DNA from: Oscillospiraceae bacterium
GTDB taxonomy: Bacteria; Bacillota; Clostridia; Oscillospirales; Ruminococcaceae
Assembly: GCA_045541475.1 (NCBI GenBank)
Contig: JAZQJI010000034.1
Span: 3,088-67,087, forward strand
Length of the DNA: 64,000 nucleotides
Direction: 5' to 3'
Shown here: positions 56,527 to 64,000 of the stretch, in pieces
Position numbering within the stretch: position 1 is the first letter of the stretch
Layout: every line of letters begins with the position of its first letter
The notes under the pieces: generated by a model
What the model was told of the DNA's origin: nothing
The model's database searches: none
The model's input: only the letters and a program-made list of their open reading frames with translations
Program-made: the position numbers and the translations under genes

Positions 56527-59481
56527 ATGGCTAACAAAAAAACAAGAAGCAGCGCCAAAGCGCAGGAAAAAGTTGCCGCTGAAAGCACTGCTGTAATCTC
56601 CCAAAAAAAGCTGTCAGCCGATTTTAGCGCAAAGAATATCTTTGGTGCAATAAAAAAATGGTGCTACAACAACAGATTTTATCTGGCGGCATTTTTCATT
56701 CCAGTAATTATGCTTTACGCCGGCTGGATATTTTTTGATGTGTTTCCCTTTGGTGATAGCTGTGTTCTCGTACTCGACCTTAACGGTCAGTATATCTATT
56801 ATTTTGAATATCTCAAAAAAGCTATCTGGGGCAGTGAAAGCATAACTTACTGCTGGGGCAGAAACCTTTCGGGCGAATTTATGGGTATTATCGGATACTA
56901 CCTTGCCAGTCCGTTTACTTTGATAGTAATGCTGCTGCCGCAGAGCATGATTCTTGGCGCGTTGTTGATAATGCAGCTTTGCAAAATCGGTGCAAGTGCC
57001 GTTACATTTACCTACTTTATGGTAAAGGGCAAAAATGCTGATCCTATCCGCTCGCTGATATGCGGTACAGCTTACGCACTTTGCGCTTACGCTGTAATTC
57101 AGCTTATGGACCCGATGTGGCTTGATGGTCTTGTGTACTTCCCGCTGATAGCTCTCGGCGTTGAAAGACTTGTCGATTCGGGCAACAAAACCGGATATAT
57201 CGTTCCTTTGGCCCTTATGTTCATTGCACATTTCTACATCGGCTACATGATTGGTATATTCACATTCTGCTACTTCCTTTTCTACTGGCTTACCAGCGAA
57301 AAGAAAGAAAAAACAGGCGTTTACGAAGGCTTTATGACATGGGTGCGCTTTGGCGTTGGCACCATTGCGGCAATATGCATCGGTGCGGTCATGATTCTGC
57401 CCGTGTATTACTCACTTTCACTCGGTAAGTTCGAATTTTCAGAACCCGATATGTCATTTGCAACACAGTTCACCGTGTTCGATTTTCTTACAAAGTTGCT
57501 GCCCTGCAGTTATGATACAGTAAGAAACGAAGGTTTGCCCGAAATTTACACAGGTGTTATCTGTCTTGTTCTTGTGCCTATTTTCTATGCAAACGAAAAG
57601 ATTTCTTTCAGAACAAAGATTTCGTACTCAATGCTGCTTGCAGTGCTGTTCTTCAGCATGTATATCAGACCGGTTGACCTTGCGTGGCACGGTTTCCAGA
57701 TGCCTAACTGGTTGCCTTACCGTTATTCATTCCTTTTCTCATTCGTGTTTGCAACAATGGCTGCAATGGCGTTTGATAAGCTTGATGGCATAAAGCCTTC
57801 GGCATTGGGCGCAACCTTCTTCGGTATAGCTATTTTCTGTCTTGTAATGGGCAGGCTTGATCCTGAAACATACACATGGCTTGACGCTATGGAAAGCATC
57901 TGGATGACAGTTTTCTGTGCTGCTCTTATCTGCGTGTTCCTTTACATGATGATGAAGCATCCCAAGCGCATAGTTTTCCCGCTGTTGATTGTTATGACAA
58001 TGGCTTTGGAAAACGTAACCTGCATTGTTGATACTTTTGAAGATATTGACGAAGACTGTGGATACAGCAAGCAGTCATCATATTATTCATGGCTTGATCC
58101 TGTTAAGGAAGTTTACGAAAAGATTGAATCCCACGAAGATTACGAGGGCAATCAGTCGCCTTACTTCAGAACCGAAAAGACATGGAACAGAACTGTTAAT
58201 GATGCTCTTTATGTTGGTTACAGAGGTCTTACACACTCAAGCTCAACAATGAACTCACCCGTTATCAATTTCCTTGCACAGCTTGGTCTTTGCTCGGAAG
58301 GACATTACACAACGGCAAACGGTTCTACCCCGATTACAGATACTATCTTCGGTATCAAGTACTATATTGATAAAGACGGTCAGTACAAGAATTATCAGGG
58401 CGATGTAAGACTTACAGGCACTAACCCCATGGTGTATCCTGCTTATGAGCTTGTTTACAATCAAAACGGCACTTATGGCGAAAACGACGTAACTTACACA
58501 GTATTTGAAAACCCGAATTATATCGGACTTGGCTACCTTTGCGATACAAAGCTGTACACAGATCAGTTCTTCAGCACAATGACAGCAAACAAGCCTTTTG
58601 AGAATCAAAACAAGATTTTCTCTTCAATTGCAGGCGTTGAGTATACAGAATACTTCAAGCCCCTTAATTTTAATCCTGATACTGATATGCTTCTTTATAA
58701 CATCACTGAAACAAACGCTGTAAACCAGTGGCAGTACACTAAGAACAACGCTTCAGGCGATGCTTATATCGAATTTTATATCACAGCTCAGACATCTGAC
58801 GAAATCTTTTTCTATCTTCCCAGTATCTACGAAAGCAAGGTTAATATCTGGGTTAACTCCGAAAGAGATGAAAACGGTGGTTGGAAGCGCAGCGATTTCA
58901 CTTACAATCACGATTGGGTATCTTCATATTTTGAAGGTGATTACCATACTATCATGAGAATTGATACTTCTGACCTGCTCGCAAGAAACGGTCAGACAGA
59001 GGTTGAGCCCGGTCAGGTATTTGCATTAAGACTTTCAATCCCCGAGGTTGATTATACCTTTATGATAAAGGAACAGCTTCAGTTCTGCTATTTTGATTAT
59101 GATCAGTTTGTTGCAGATTGCGCAAACGTTACAAGCTGGAACATTGAAAAGGCTAAGGATACCTACATCAAGGGTACAATTACCGCAGGCGAAAATCAGA
59201 TGCTTATGACATCTATCTCCTACGAGCCCGGCTGGACAGTTAAGGTTGACGGCAAAAAGACAGAATACGTTGGCATTTGCTGGGCACTTATCGGTGTGTT
59301 CCTCACCCCCGGTGAGCACACAATTACAATGCGTTTCTTCCCACAGGGACTTGCTCTCGGTATATTCCTGATGATTTGCGGTATTGTTGTAACAGTTATT
59401 TTCTACTGCTATGATAATAACAAGAAAATCAAAATGGCTAATATTTCCAAGAGAATTAAAGGCGTTACGAAGAAAAAATAA
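56527..59481 (+). CDS. yfhO: YfhO-family membrane glycosyltransferase (GT-C fold; polymer glycosylation)
   Basis: 984 aa with about 13 N-terminal TM helices (FFIPVIMLYAGWIFFDVFPFGDSCVLVLDLNGQYIYYF) and a large extracytoplasmic C-terminal domain. RBS AAAGGAGG. Confidence 0.75.
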   Translation: MANKKTRSSAKAQEKVAAESTAVISQKKLSADFSAKNIFGAIKKWCYNNRFYLAAFFIPVIMLYAGWIFFDVFPFGDSCVLVLDLNGQYIYYFEYLKKAIWGSESITYCWGRNLSGEFMGIIGYYLASPFTLIVMLLPQSMILGALLIMQLCKIGASAVTFTYFMVKGKNADPIRSLICGTAYALCAYAVIQLMDPMWLDGLVYFPLIALGVERLVDSGNKTGYIVPLALMFIAHFYIGYMIGIFTFCYFLFYWLTSEKKEKTGVYEGFMTWVRFGVGTIAAICIGAVMILPVYYSLSLGKFEFSEPDMSFATQFTVFDFLTKLLPCSYDTVRNEGLPEIYTGVICLVLVPIFYANEKISFRTKISYSMLLAVLFFSMYIRPVDLAWHGFQMPNWLPYRYSFLFSFVFATMAAMAFDKLDGIKPSALGATFFGIAIFCLVMGRLDPETYTWLDAMESIWMTVFCAALICVFLYMMMKHPKRIVFPLLIVMTMALENVTCIVDTFEDIDEDCGYSKQSSYYSWLDPVKEVYEKIESHEDYEGNQSPYFRTEKTWNRTVNDALYVGYRGLTHSSSTMNSPVINFLAQLGLCSEGHYTTANGSTPITDTIFGIKYYIDKDGQYKNYQGDVRLTGTNPMVYPAYELVYNQNGTYGENDVTYTVFENPNYIGLGYLCDTKLYTDQFFSTMTANKPFENQNKIFSSIAGVEYTEYFKPLNFNPDTDMLLYNITETNAVNQWQYTKNNASGDAYIEFYITAQTSDEIFFYLPSIYESKVNIWVNSERDENGGWKRSDFTYNHDWVSSYFEGDYHTIMRIDTSDLLARNGQTEVEPGQVFALRLSIPEVDYTFMIKEQLQFCYFDYDQFVADCANVTSWNIEKAKDTYIKGTITAGENQMLMTSISYEPGWTVKVDGKKTEYVGICWALIGVFLTPGEHTITMRFFPQGLALGIFLMICGIVVTVIFYCYDNNKKIKMANISKRIKGVTKKK

Positions 59482-59581
59482 TTTAAGTTAATAAAAAAAC
59501 AGCTTGCTCTTTTATGAGTAGGCTGTTTTTTTGATACTTTTTTCTTTTAAACAAAAGGGCGATTTTTGTTGTATTTAACAA

Positions 59582-59621
59582 TCAATAAAGCCCCCGAAAT
59601 GCTCTGTCGGTAGCAACCGAC
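59582..59621. repeat. copy B of the conserved ~38-nt intergenic motif
   Basis: tcaataaagcccccgaaatgctctgtcggtagcaaccgac, followed by tattttttg. Matches 11915..11950. Confidence 0.5.
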
Positions 59622-60118
59622 TATTTTTTGAAAACAAGCTTGCTGAGCAGGTAGTTAGCAATAAAAATAACAAACTGGCTGATAATTGTAATAATTGTTT
59701 CGGAAATGCCGATCAAATCGCAGCAGATGAAAAACATAAGCCATTCCATGCCCAAGGTTGCCAGCCTTGCCGAGTAGAACGAAACAAAAACCTTGAAAAA
59801 TTCTTCTCTTGTTTCGGTTTTTGCGTTAAAAACAAAGCTTTTGTTTGTAAAAAACGCAAAGGTTACGGCAGCTATCCACGAAAAAATAACAACCGCAGTT
59901 GTGCGCCAGGGTTGTCCTTTATCTACAATTACAGCAAAGCCTAAAAATTTTGTTAGTATTGAAACAAGCGTTGTAAGCACCCCGATAAATACATACATAA
60001 TTATTTCTTCGTATTTATCATACAATTTTTCAAGCTTTATTAATTTAAAGCACGCACGGAAGAATGCGTGCAGCCATGTCTTTTTTTCTTGATTGTTTGT
60101 GTTTTTTGTATTGTTCAT
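59621..60118 (-). CDS. GtrA-family small membrane protein (polysaccharide-synthesis flippase-associated)
   Basis: Four TM helices (IMYVFIGVLTTLVSILTKFLGF...). Start set to the ATG (MNNTKN) after AGGAAAG. Convergent with yfhO. Confidence 0.6.
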   Translation of the reverse strand: MNNTKNTNNQEKKTWLHAFFRACFKLIKLEKLYDKYEEIIMYVFIGVLTTLVSILTKFLGFAVIVDKGQPWRTTAVVIFSWIAAVTFAFFTNKSFVFNAKTETREEFFKVFVSFYSARLATLGMEWLMFFICCDLIGISETIITIISQFVIFIANYLLSKLVFKK

Positions 60119-60352
60119 AGTTTTAATCTTTCCTGAAAATTTATTGCATATCCATGTAATATGATAGCAAGAAAACACAAAAATTTCAATAGCTTTTGCA
60201 AATTTGTGCATTTTTTCGTTGCAATGCACAATTGCAAGGATAAAATAATCTGTCAATCAGCAATATGGGGTATTGAAAAATTATGATTTATGTGATAAAA
60301 TATATCAGTAAAGGTATATCAAAGAATAATATAATAACGGAGATTTTGTTTT

Positions 60353-61618
60353 ATGGATTCCACCACGGCGGCCATACTTATATTTGTAATGCTTTTGTTT
60401 TCGGGTATATTTTCAGCAACCGAAACAGCTTTTTCAAGCGTAAATAAAATCAGGCTGAAGAATTTAGCGGCACAGGGTGATAAACGTGCCGAAAAGGCCT
60501 TAAAGCTTGCCAACTCGTTTGATAAAGTTATTACCGCTATATTAATCGTCAACAATGTTGTTAACATTGCGTCATCTTCAGTCGGCACAGTGTTGTTTAC
60601 ACAGCTTTTCCCCAAAAATGGCGTGCTTATATCAACAGTAATAATGACACTGCTTGTGCTTACTTTTGGCGAGATTGTTCCTAAAAGCCTTGCAAAGCAG
60701 CACGCTGACGGGTTTTGCCTTATACTTGCCGCACCTTTGCACATGGTTGTGGTGATGTTAACGCCGGTTGTATTCCTGTTTACAAAGCTTTCGACATTTG
60801 TAAATAAGTTGTTTAGTAACGGAAAGAACAAGCCGAGCGTTACTGAAGACGAATTAAAGCATATTATTGAAGAAATTGAAGAAGAAGGCGTGCTGGAAGA
60901 ACAGGAAAGCAATCTTGTGCGCAGTGCGCTTGAATTTGATGAAATCAAGCTTGATAGAATACTTATACCTCGTGTTCACGTTACGGCGGTTGACGTTAAC
61001 ACCTCTGTTGATGAAATCCGTGAGGTTTTTCTTTCCGAAATGTATTCGAGAATACCCGTTTACGATAAAACCATTGATAACATCATAGGTATCATCACCG
61101 AAAAGGACTTTTTCCGAATGCTTATTGAGAAAAAAGATAATATTTCCGAAATAGTTCAGGAGGTTATCTATTTTTCTGAGTTTAAACCCATAAACGAAGC
61201 TATGCGAGAAATGCAGCGTGCCAAAACTCATTTGGCTGTTGTTGTTGATCAACACGGCGGAACCAAAGGTATTGTTACGCTTGAAGATATCATTGAAGAG
61301 CTTGTGGGTGATATCTACGACGAAAGCGACGAAGTTGAAGAACCTATGAAACTTGTTGCGGATAATGTTTATGAGATTGATGCTGAAATCTCTATTGATG
61401 ATATGCTTGAAAAATTAGGACTCCCCGAAAATTCTGTTGAATGTTCGTCAACAAGCGTGGGCGGATGGGTGACCGATTTGTTTGGGTATATTCCTAAATC
61501 GGGTGAAGAAATCGAAAATGGTGCGTTTTTCTTTACCGTGCTTGATTCAAACGAGCATAAAATCAATAAAATCCGTATGAAATTTGAACTTAGTACTAAC
61601 GAAGATGAGCAATCGTAA
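60353..61618 (+). CDS. CNNM/HlyC-CorC family transporter (DUF21 + CBS pair + CorC_HlyC)
   Basis: DUF21 TM region (IFSATETAFSS), CBS pair, C-terminal transporter-associated domain. Confidence 0.85.
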   Translation: MDSTTAAILIFVMLLFSGIFSATETAFSSVNKIRLKNLAAQGDKRAEKALKLANSFDKVITAILIVNNVVNIASSSVGTVLFTQLFPKNGVLISTVIMTLLVLTFGEIVPKSLAKQHADGFCLILAAPLHMVVVMLTPVVFLFTKLSTFVNKLFSNGKNKPSVTEDELKHIIEEIEEEGVLEEQESNLVRSALEFDEIKLDRILIPRVHVTAVDVNTSVDEIREVFLSEMYSRIPVYDKTIDNIIGIITEKDFFRMLIEKKDNISEIVQEVIYFSEFKPINEAMREMQRAKTHLAVVVDQHGGTKGIVTLEDIIEELVGDIYDESDEVEEPMKLVADNVYEIDAEISIDDMLEKLGLPENSVECSSTSVGGWVTDLFGYIPKSGEEIENGAFFFTVLDSNEHKINKIRMKFELSTNEDEQS

Positions 61619-61641
61619 AATGAATTTAAGAGGTGAACTTT

Positions 61642-62202
61642 ATGTTTACAGTATTTCAGGTTTGCTTTTGGGTGGGCGTTGCCGTTACAGGCGTTAACGC
61701 ATTGCTCGGATTGATTTTCGGCATATTTGATTTTGGCCTTGATTTTGATTTTGACATAGATCTTGACATCGGTGATTTTGATTTGGGAATGTTTCTTCCA
61801 CTTTCTCCCACGCTGTTGTTTTTGTTTTTAACGGTTTTTGGCGGCAGCGGCATGATAATTGCAAACGGTTTGTCATCAATGCTGTGGCTTGCCTGCATTA
61901 TTGCGCTTGTTTTGGGCATTGCAGTAATTACGCTGATAAATGTTTTTGTTGTGCGTCCTTTAAGAAAGATATCTTCAAAGGAAACAGCCAAAATGAGCGA
62001 TTTTGTTGGCGAAACAGGCAAGGTGACTGAAAAGATTTTTGAAAACGGTTTTGGCAAAATTACTTTTATCGTTGACGGCAATACCCTGACATATCCTGCA
62101 AAATCGGTAACGGGCAAAGAAATTGCCGTTGGTACGCAAGTTTTTGTTGAAAGCATTAACGATAAATACTTTGTTGTTGATTTGCTTGAAAAAAAGTCTT
62201 GA
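61642..62202 (+). CDS. NfeD-family membrane protein (flotillin-associated, C-terminal OB fold)
   Basis: Hydrophobic N-terminal half. C-terminal GKITFIVDGNTLTYPAKS...GTQVFVESINDKYFVV. Immediately upstream of flotillin. Confidence 0.7.
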   Translation: MFTVFQVCFWVGVAVTGVNALLGLIFGIFDFGLDFDFDIDLDIGDFDLGMFLPLSPTLLFLFLTVFGGSGMIIANGLSSMLWLACIIALVLGIAVITLINVFVVRPLRKISSKETAKMSDFVGETGKVTEKIFENGFGKITFIVDGNTLTYPAKSVTGKEIAVGTQVFVESINDKYFVVDLLEKKS

Positions 62203-62263
62203 TATATGGTTGTATTTAAATTAAATATAATATTTTTTATTAAGGAAGGATGGATTTACGATT

Positions 62264-63832
62264 ATGGCAAAATTTAATGTTATGGCAAGTCTTTTTGAAG
62301 ATTCAACAATGACTATTGTAGTTATTGTGCTTGCCGCAATTGCGTTGGTTATTCTGGGCTTTCTCACCATGTGGAAGAGAGTTTCGCAGGATAAGGCAAT
62401 GGTAATCACCGGTTTGAAGAAAAGAGTTATCTCCGGCGGCGGTGGATTTGTTGTTCCGCTGCTTGAAAGAGCAGACTACATATCCCTTGAAAATATCAAG
62501 GTTGAGGTTGGTGTACAGGAAGCACTTTCAATGCTTGGTGTTGGTATTTCAGCAAGCGGTGTTGCCGTTATCAAGGTTAAGAATGACAGTGAGTCCATTC
62601 TTGCCGCAGTTGAGCAGTTTAACACGGGCAACCAGCAAAAAACCATTTTAAGTATTAAGGATACCGCTTCTGACGTGCTTGAAGGTAAATTGCGTGAAAT
62701 TGTTTCTAAGCTTACTGTTGAAGAAATTTACAAGGATAGAGAAAAGTTTGCTTCAAAGGTTCAGGAAGTTGCTGCTATTGACCTGGCTGAAATGGGCCTT
62801 GAAATGAAGGTATTTACTATTCGTGATATCAGCGATAAAAACGGATATCTTGAGGCTCTCGGTGCAGAGAAAATTGCACAGGTTAAAAAGGAAGCCAACA
62901 TTGCAAAGGCAGAAGCTCAGATGGAGTCTGATATTAAAACTGCAGAAGCTATCCGTCTTGGTGAGGCTGCAAAAATCCTTTCGCTTACTCAGATTGAAGA
63001 GAGCAACAAGGATAAGGAACTTAAGGTTCAGGAATACAAAAAGCAGAGCGAATCTGCAAAGGCTAATGCCGACTTGGCATACCAGATTCAGTCTAACATT
63101 ACCCAAAAGGAAGTTATTGAAACTGATATGCAGGCTAAGATTTTGGAAGCACAGCGCAACAAAGAGCTTGTTGAAGAACAGATGCGCATTGAAATTTTGA
63201 AAAAACAGCGTGAAATTGAACTTGCCGAAAACGAAACCTTGAAGCGTGAAAAAGAACTTGATGCAAAAATCATCAAGCAGGCTGAAGCTGATAAATATCA
63301 GAAGGAAAAAGAATCTGAAGCTATTAAATATCGTGAAATTGCACAGGCTGAAGCTCAGTCAACCGCAATTGAGCTTGAAGCTAAGGCAAAGGCTGAGGCT
63401 GTTAGAATACAAGGTCTTGCCGAAGCTGAGGTTATTAAGGCAAAGGGTGCCGCTGAAATTGAGATTGTTAAGGCAAAGGGTGCCGCTGAAGCTGAAGTTA
63501 TGAAGGAAAAGGCACAGGCATTTAAACTTTACAACGATGCCGCTATGGCGCAAATGTTTGTTGACAAACTGCCCGAAATCGCAAAAGCAGTTGCATCGCC
63601 CCTGGCACAGACAGAAAAAATCGTTATTATTGACAACGGCGCAAATGGCGAAGGCACAAAGGGTGCGGCTAAGGTTACAGGCTATGTTACCGATATTATT
63701 GGTCAGTTGCCCGAAACTATCGAAGCGCTTACAGGCTACAATGTGGCTGATATGCTTTTTAACAAAGCAAAAACGGCTGCTAATGCTGATGATGCCGTAG
63801 TTGAGCACGTTGAAGCTGAGATTGTGGAGTAA
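62264..63832 (+). CDS. floT: flotillin-like SPFH/band-7 protein (FloT/YuaG-like)
   Basis: N-terminal TM, SPFH domain, long EA-rich coiled-coil repeats (AEAQ...KAKAEAV), 522 aa. Confidence 0.85.
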   Translation: MAKFNVMASLFEDSTMTIVVIVLAAIALVILGFLTMWKRVSQDKAMVITGLKKRVISGGGGFVVPLLERADYISLENIKVEVGVQEALSMLGVGISASGVAVIKVKNDSESILAAVEQFNTGNQQKTILSIKDTASDVLEGKLREIVSKLTVEEIYKDREKFASKVQEVAAIDLAEMGLEMKVFTIRDISDKNGYLEALGAEKIAQVKKEANIAKAEAQMESDIKTAEAIRLGEAAKILSLTQIEESNKDKELKVQEYKKQSESAKANADLAYQIQSNITQKEVIETDMQAKILEAQRNKELVEEQMRIEILKKQREIELAENETLKREKELDAKIIKQAEADKYQKEKESEAIKYREIAQAEAQSTAIELEAKAKAEAVRIQGLAEAEVIKAKGAAEIEIVKAKGAAEAEVMKEKAQAFKLYNDAAMAQMFVDKLPEIAKAVASPLAQTEKIVIIDNGANGEGTKGAAKVTGYVTDIIGQLPETIEALTGYNVADMLFNKAKTAANADDAVVEHVEAEIVE

Positions 63833-63861
63833 CCGCCCTGCTTACTTTTGCCAAAAACTAA

Positions 63862-63892
63862 TAAGTCCTCGCCAACGGCGAGGACTATTTTC
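63862..63892 (+). terminator. rho-independent terminator after floT
   Basis: agtcctcgcc-aac-ggcgaggact-attttcg. Confidence 0.65.
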
Positions 63893-64000
63893 GTTATATG
63901 GGTACGATGTGTTTATTAAAAGTAAAACATTAAAAAGAGTTTTTTATATGTTTAGTGCAACCCAAACGTGAGGATAGGGTTGAAGGAAAGGGGGTTGGTA

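Noticed and set aside
56614-57231. 205-aa antisense ORF inside yfhO and similar antisense ORFs (51703..52260, 60319..60948, 42501..42974, 19445..19999)
   Set aside because: Each lies entirely within a well-supported gene on the other strand and lacks RBS or start context.
1-64000. tRNA/rRNA genes and mobile elements
   Set aside because: No intergenic region shows tRNA-like T-arm/acceptor features, transposase motifs, integrases or terminal inverted repeats. All long spacers are accounted for by promoters and terminators.

Overview
This 64 kb window looks like chromosomal DNA of a low-GC Firmicute of class Clostridia, gene-dense, with about 60 protein genes and clean rho-independent terminators. 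No rRNA, tRNA, CRISPR array or obvious mobile element was seen. The content points to a cellulolytic Ruminococcus-like organism: a lipoprotein-anchored GH9 endoglucanase, a single-cohesin plus dockerin adaptor protein, and a tandem array of four Gram-positive type IV pilin paralogs of the kind implicated in cellulose adhesion in Ruminococcus albus. Housekeeping content includes metK, an nrdG-nrdD-trxB module, SpoIVB-like and SpoVB-like genes, trpS, hom, pgi, a yceD-rpmF operon, a DUF512-der-plsY-gpsA cluster, uvrB-GNAT-uvrA, valS-folC, manA-glcK-phosphohexomutase, fhs-tcdA, yfhO and gtrA, a CNNM gene and an nfeD-flotillin pair. The most unusual items are listed next. (1) The class III ribonucleotide reductase NrdD carries a fused C-terminal CPNC glutaredoxin/NrdH-like domain and is translationally coupled to a thioredoxin reductase, which suggests a disulfide-dependent rather than formate-dependent enzyme. 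(2) The pilin array: four paralogs on the minus strand with near-consensus promoters and strong terminators around them, of which the outermost (15084..15593) looks like the major pilin and one (13940..14380) has lost the conserved Glu5. (3) A threonine-repeat type II membrane protein sits divergent to a very acidic, Tyr-rich NPCBM-like lipoprotein. (4) A 604-aa proline-rich protein contains three unrelated in-frame tandem-repeat families. (5) A conserved roughly 38-nt intergenic motif occurs twice. Several promoters match TTGACA-17-TATAAT perfectly. Candidate NrdR boxes overlap the nrdG promoter. metK, trpS and valS appear to lack the SAM-I riboswitch and T-box leaders usual in Firmicutes. 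Start sites were adjusted where an ATG with a good Shine-Dalgarno lies inside a longer TTG/GTG-initiated ORF. All calls rest on motif recognition by eye; no database searches were possible.
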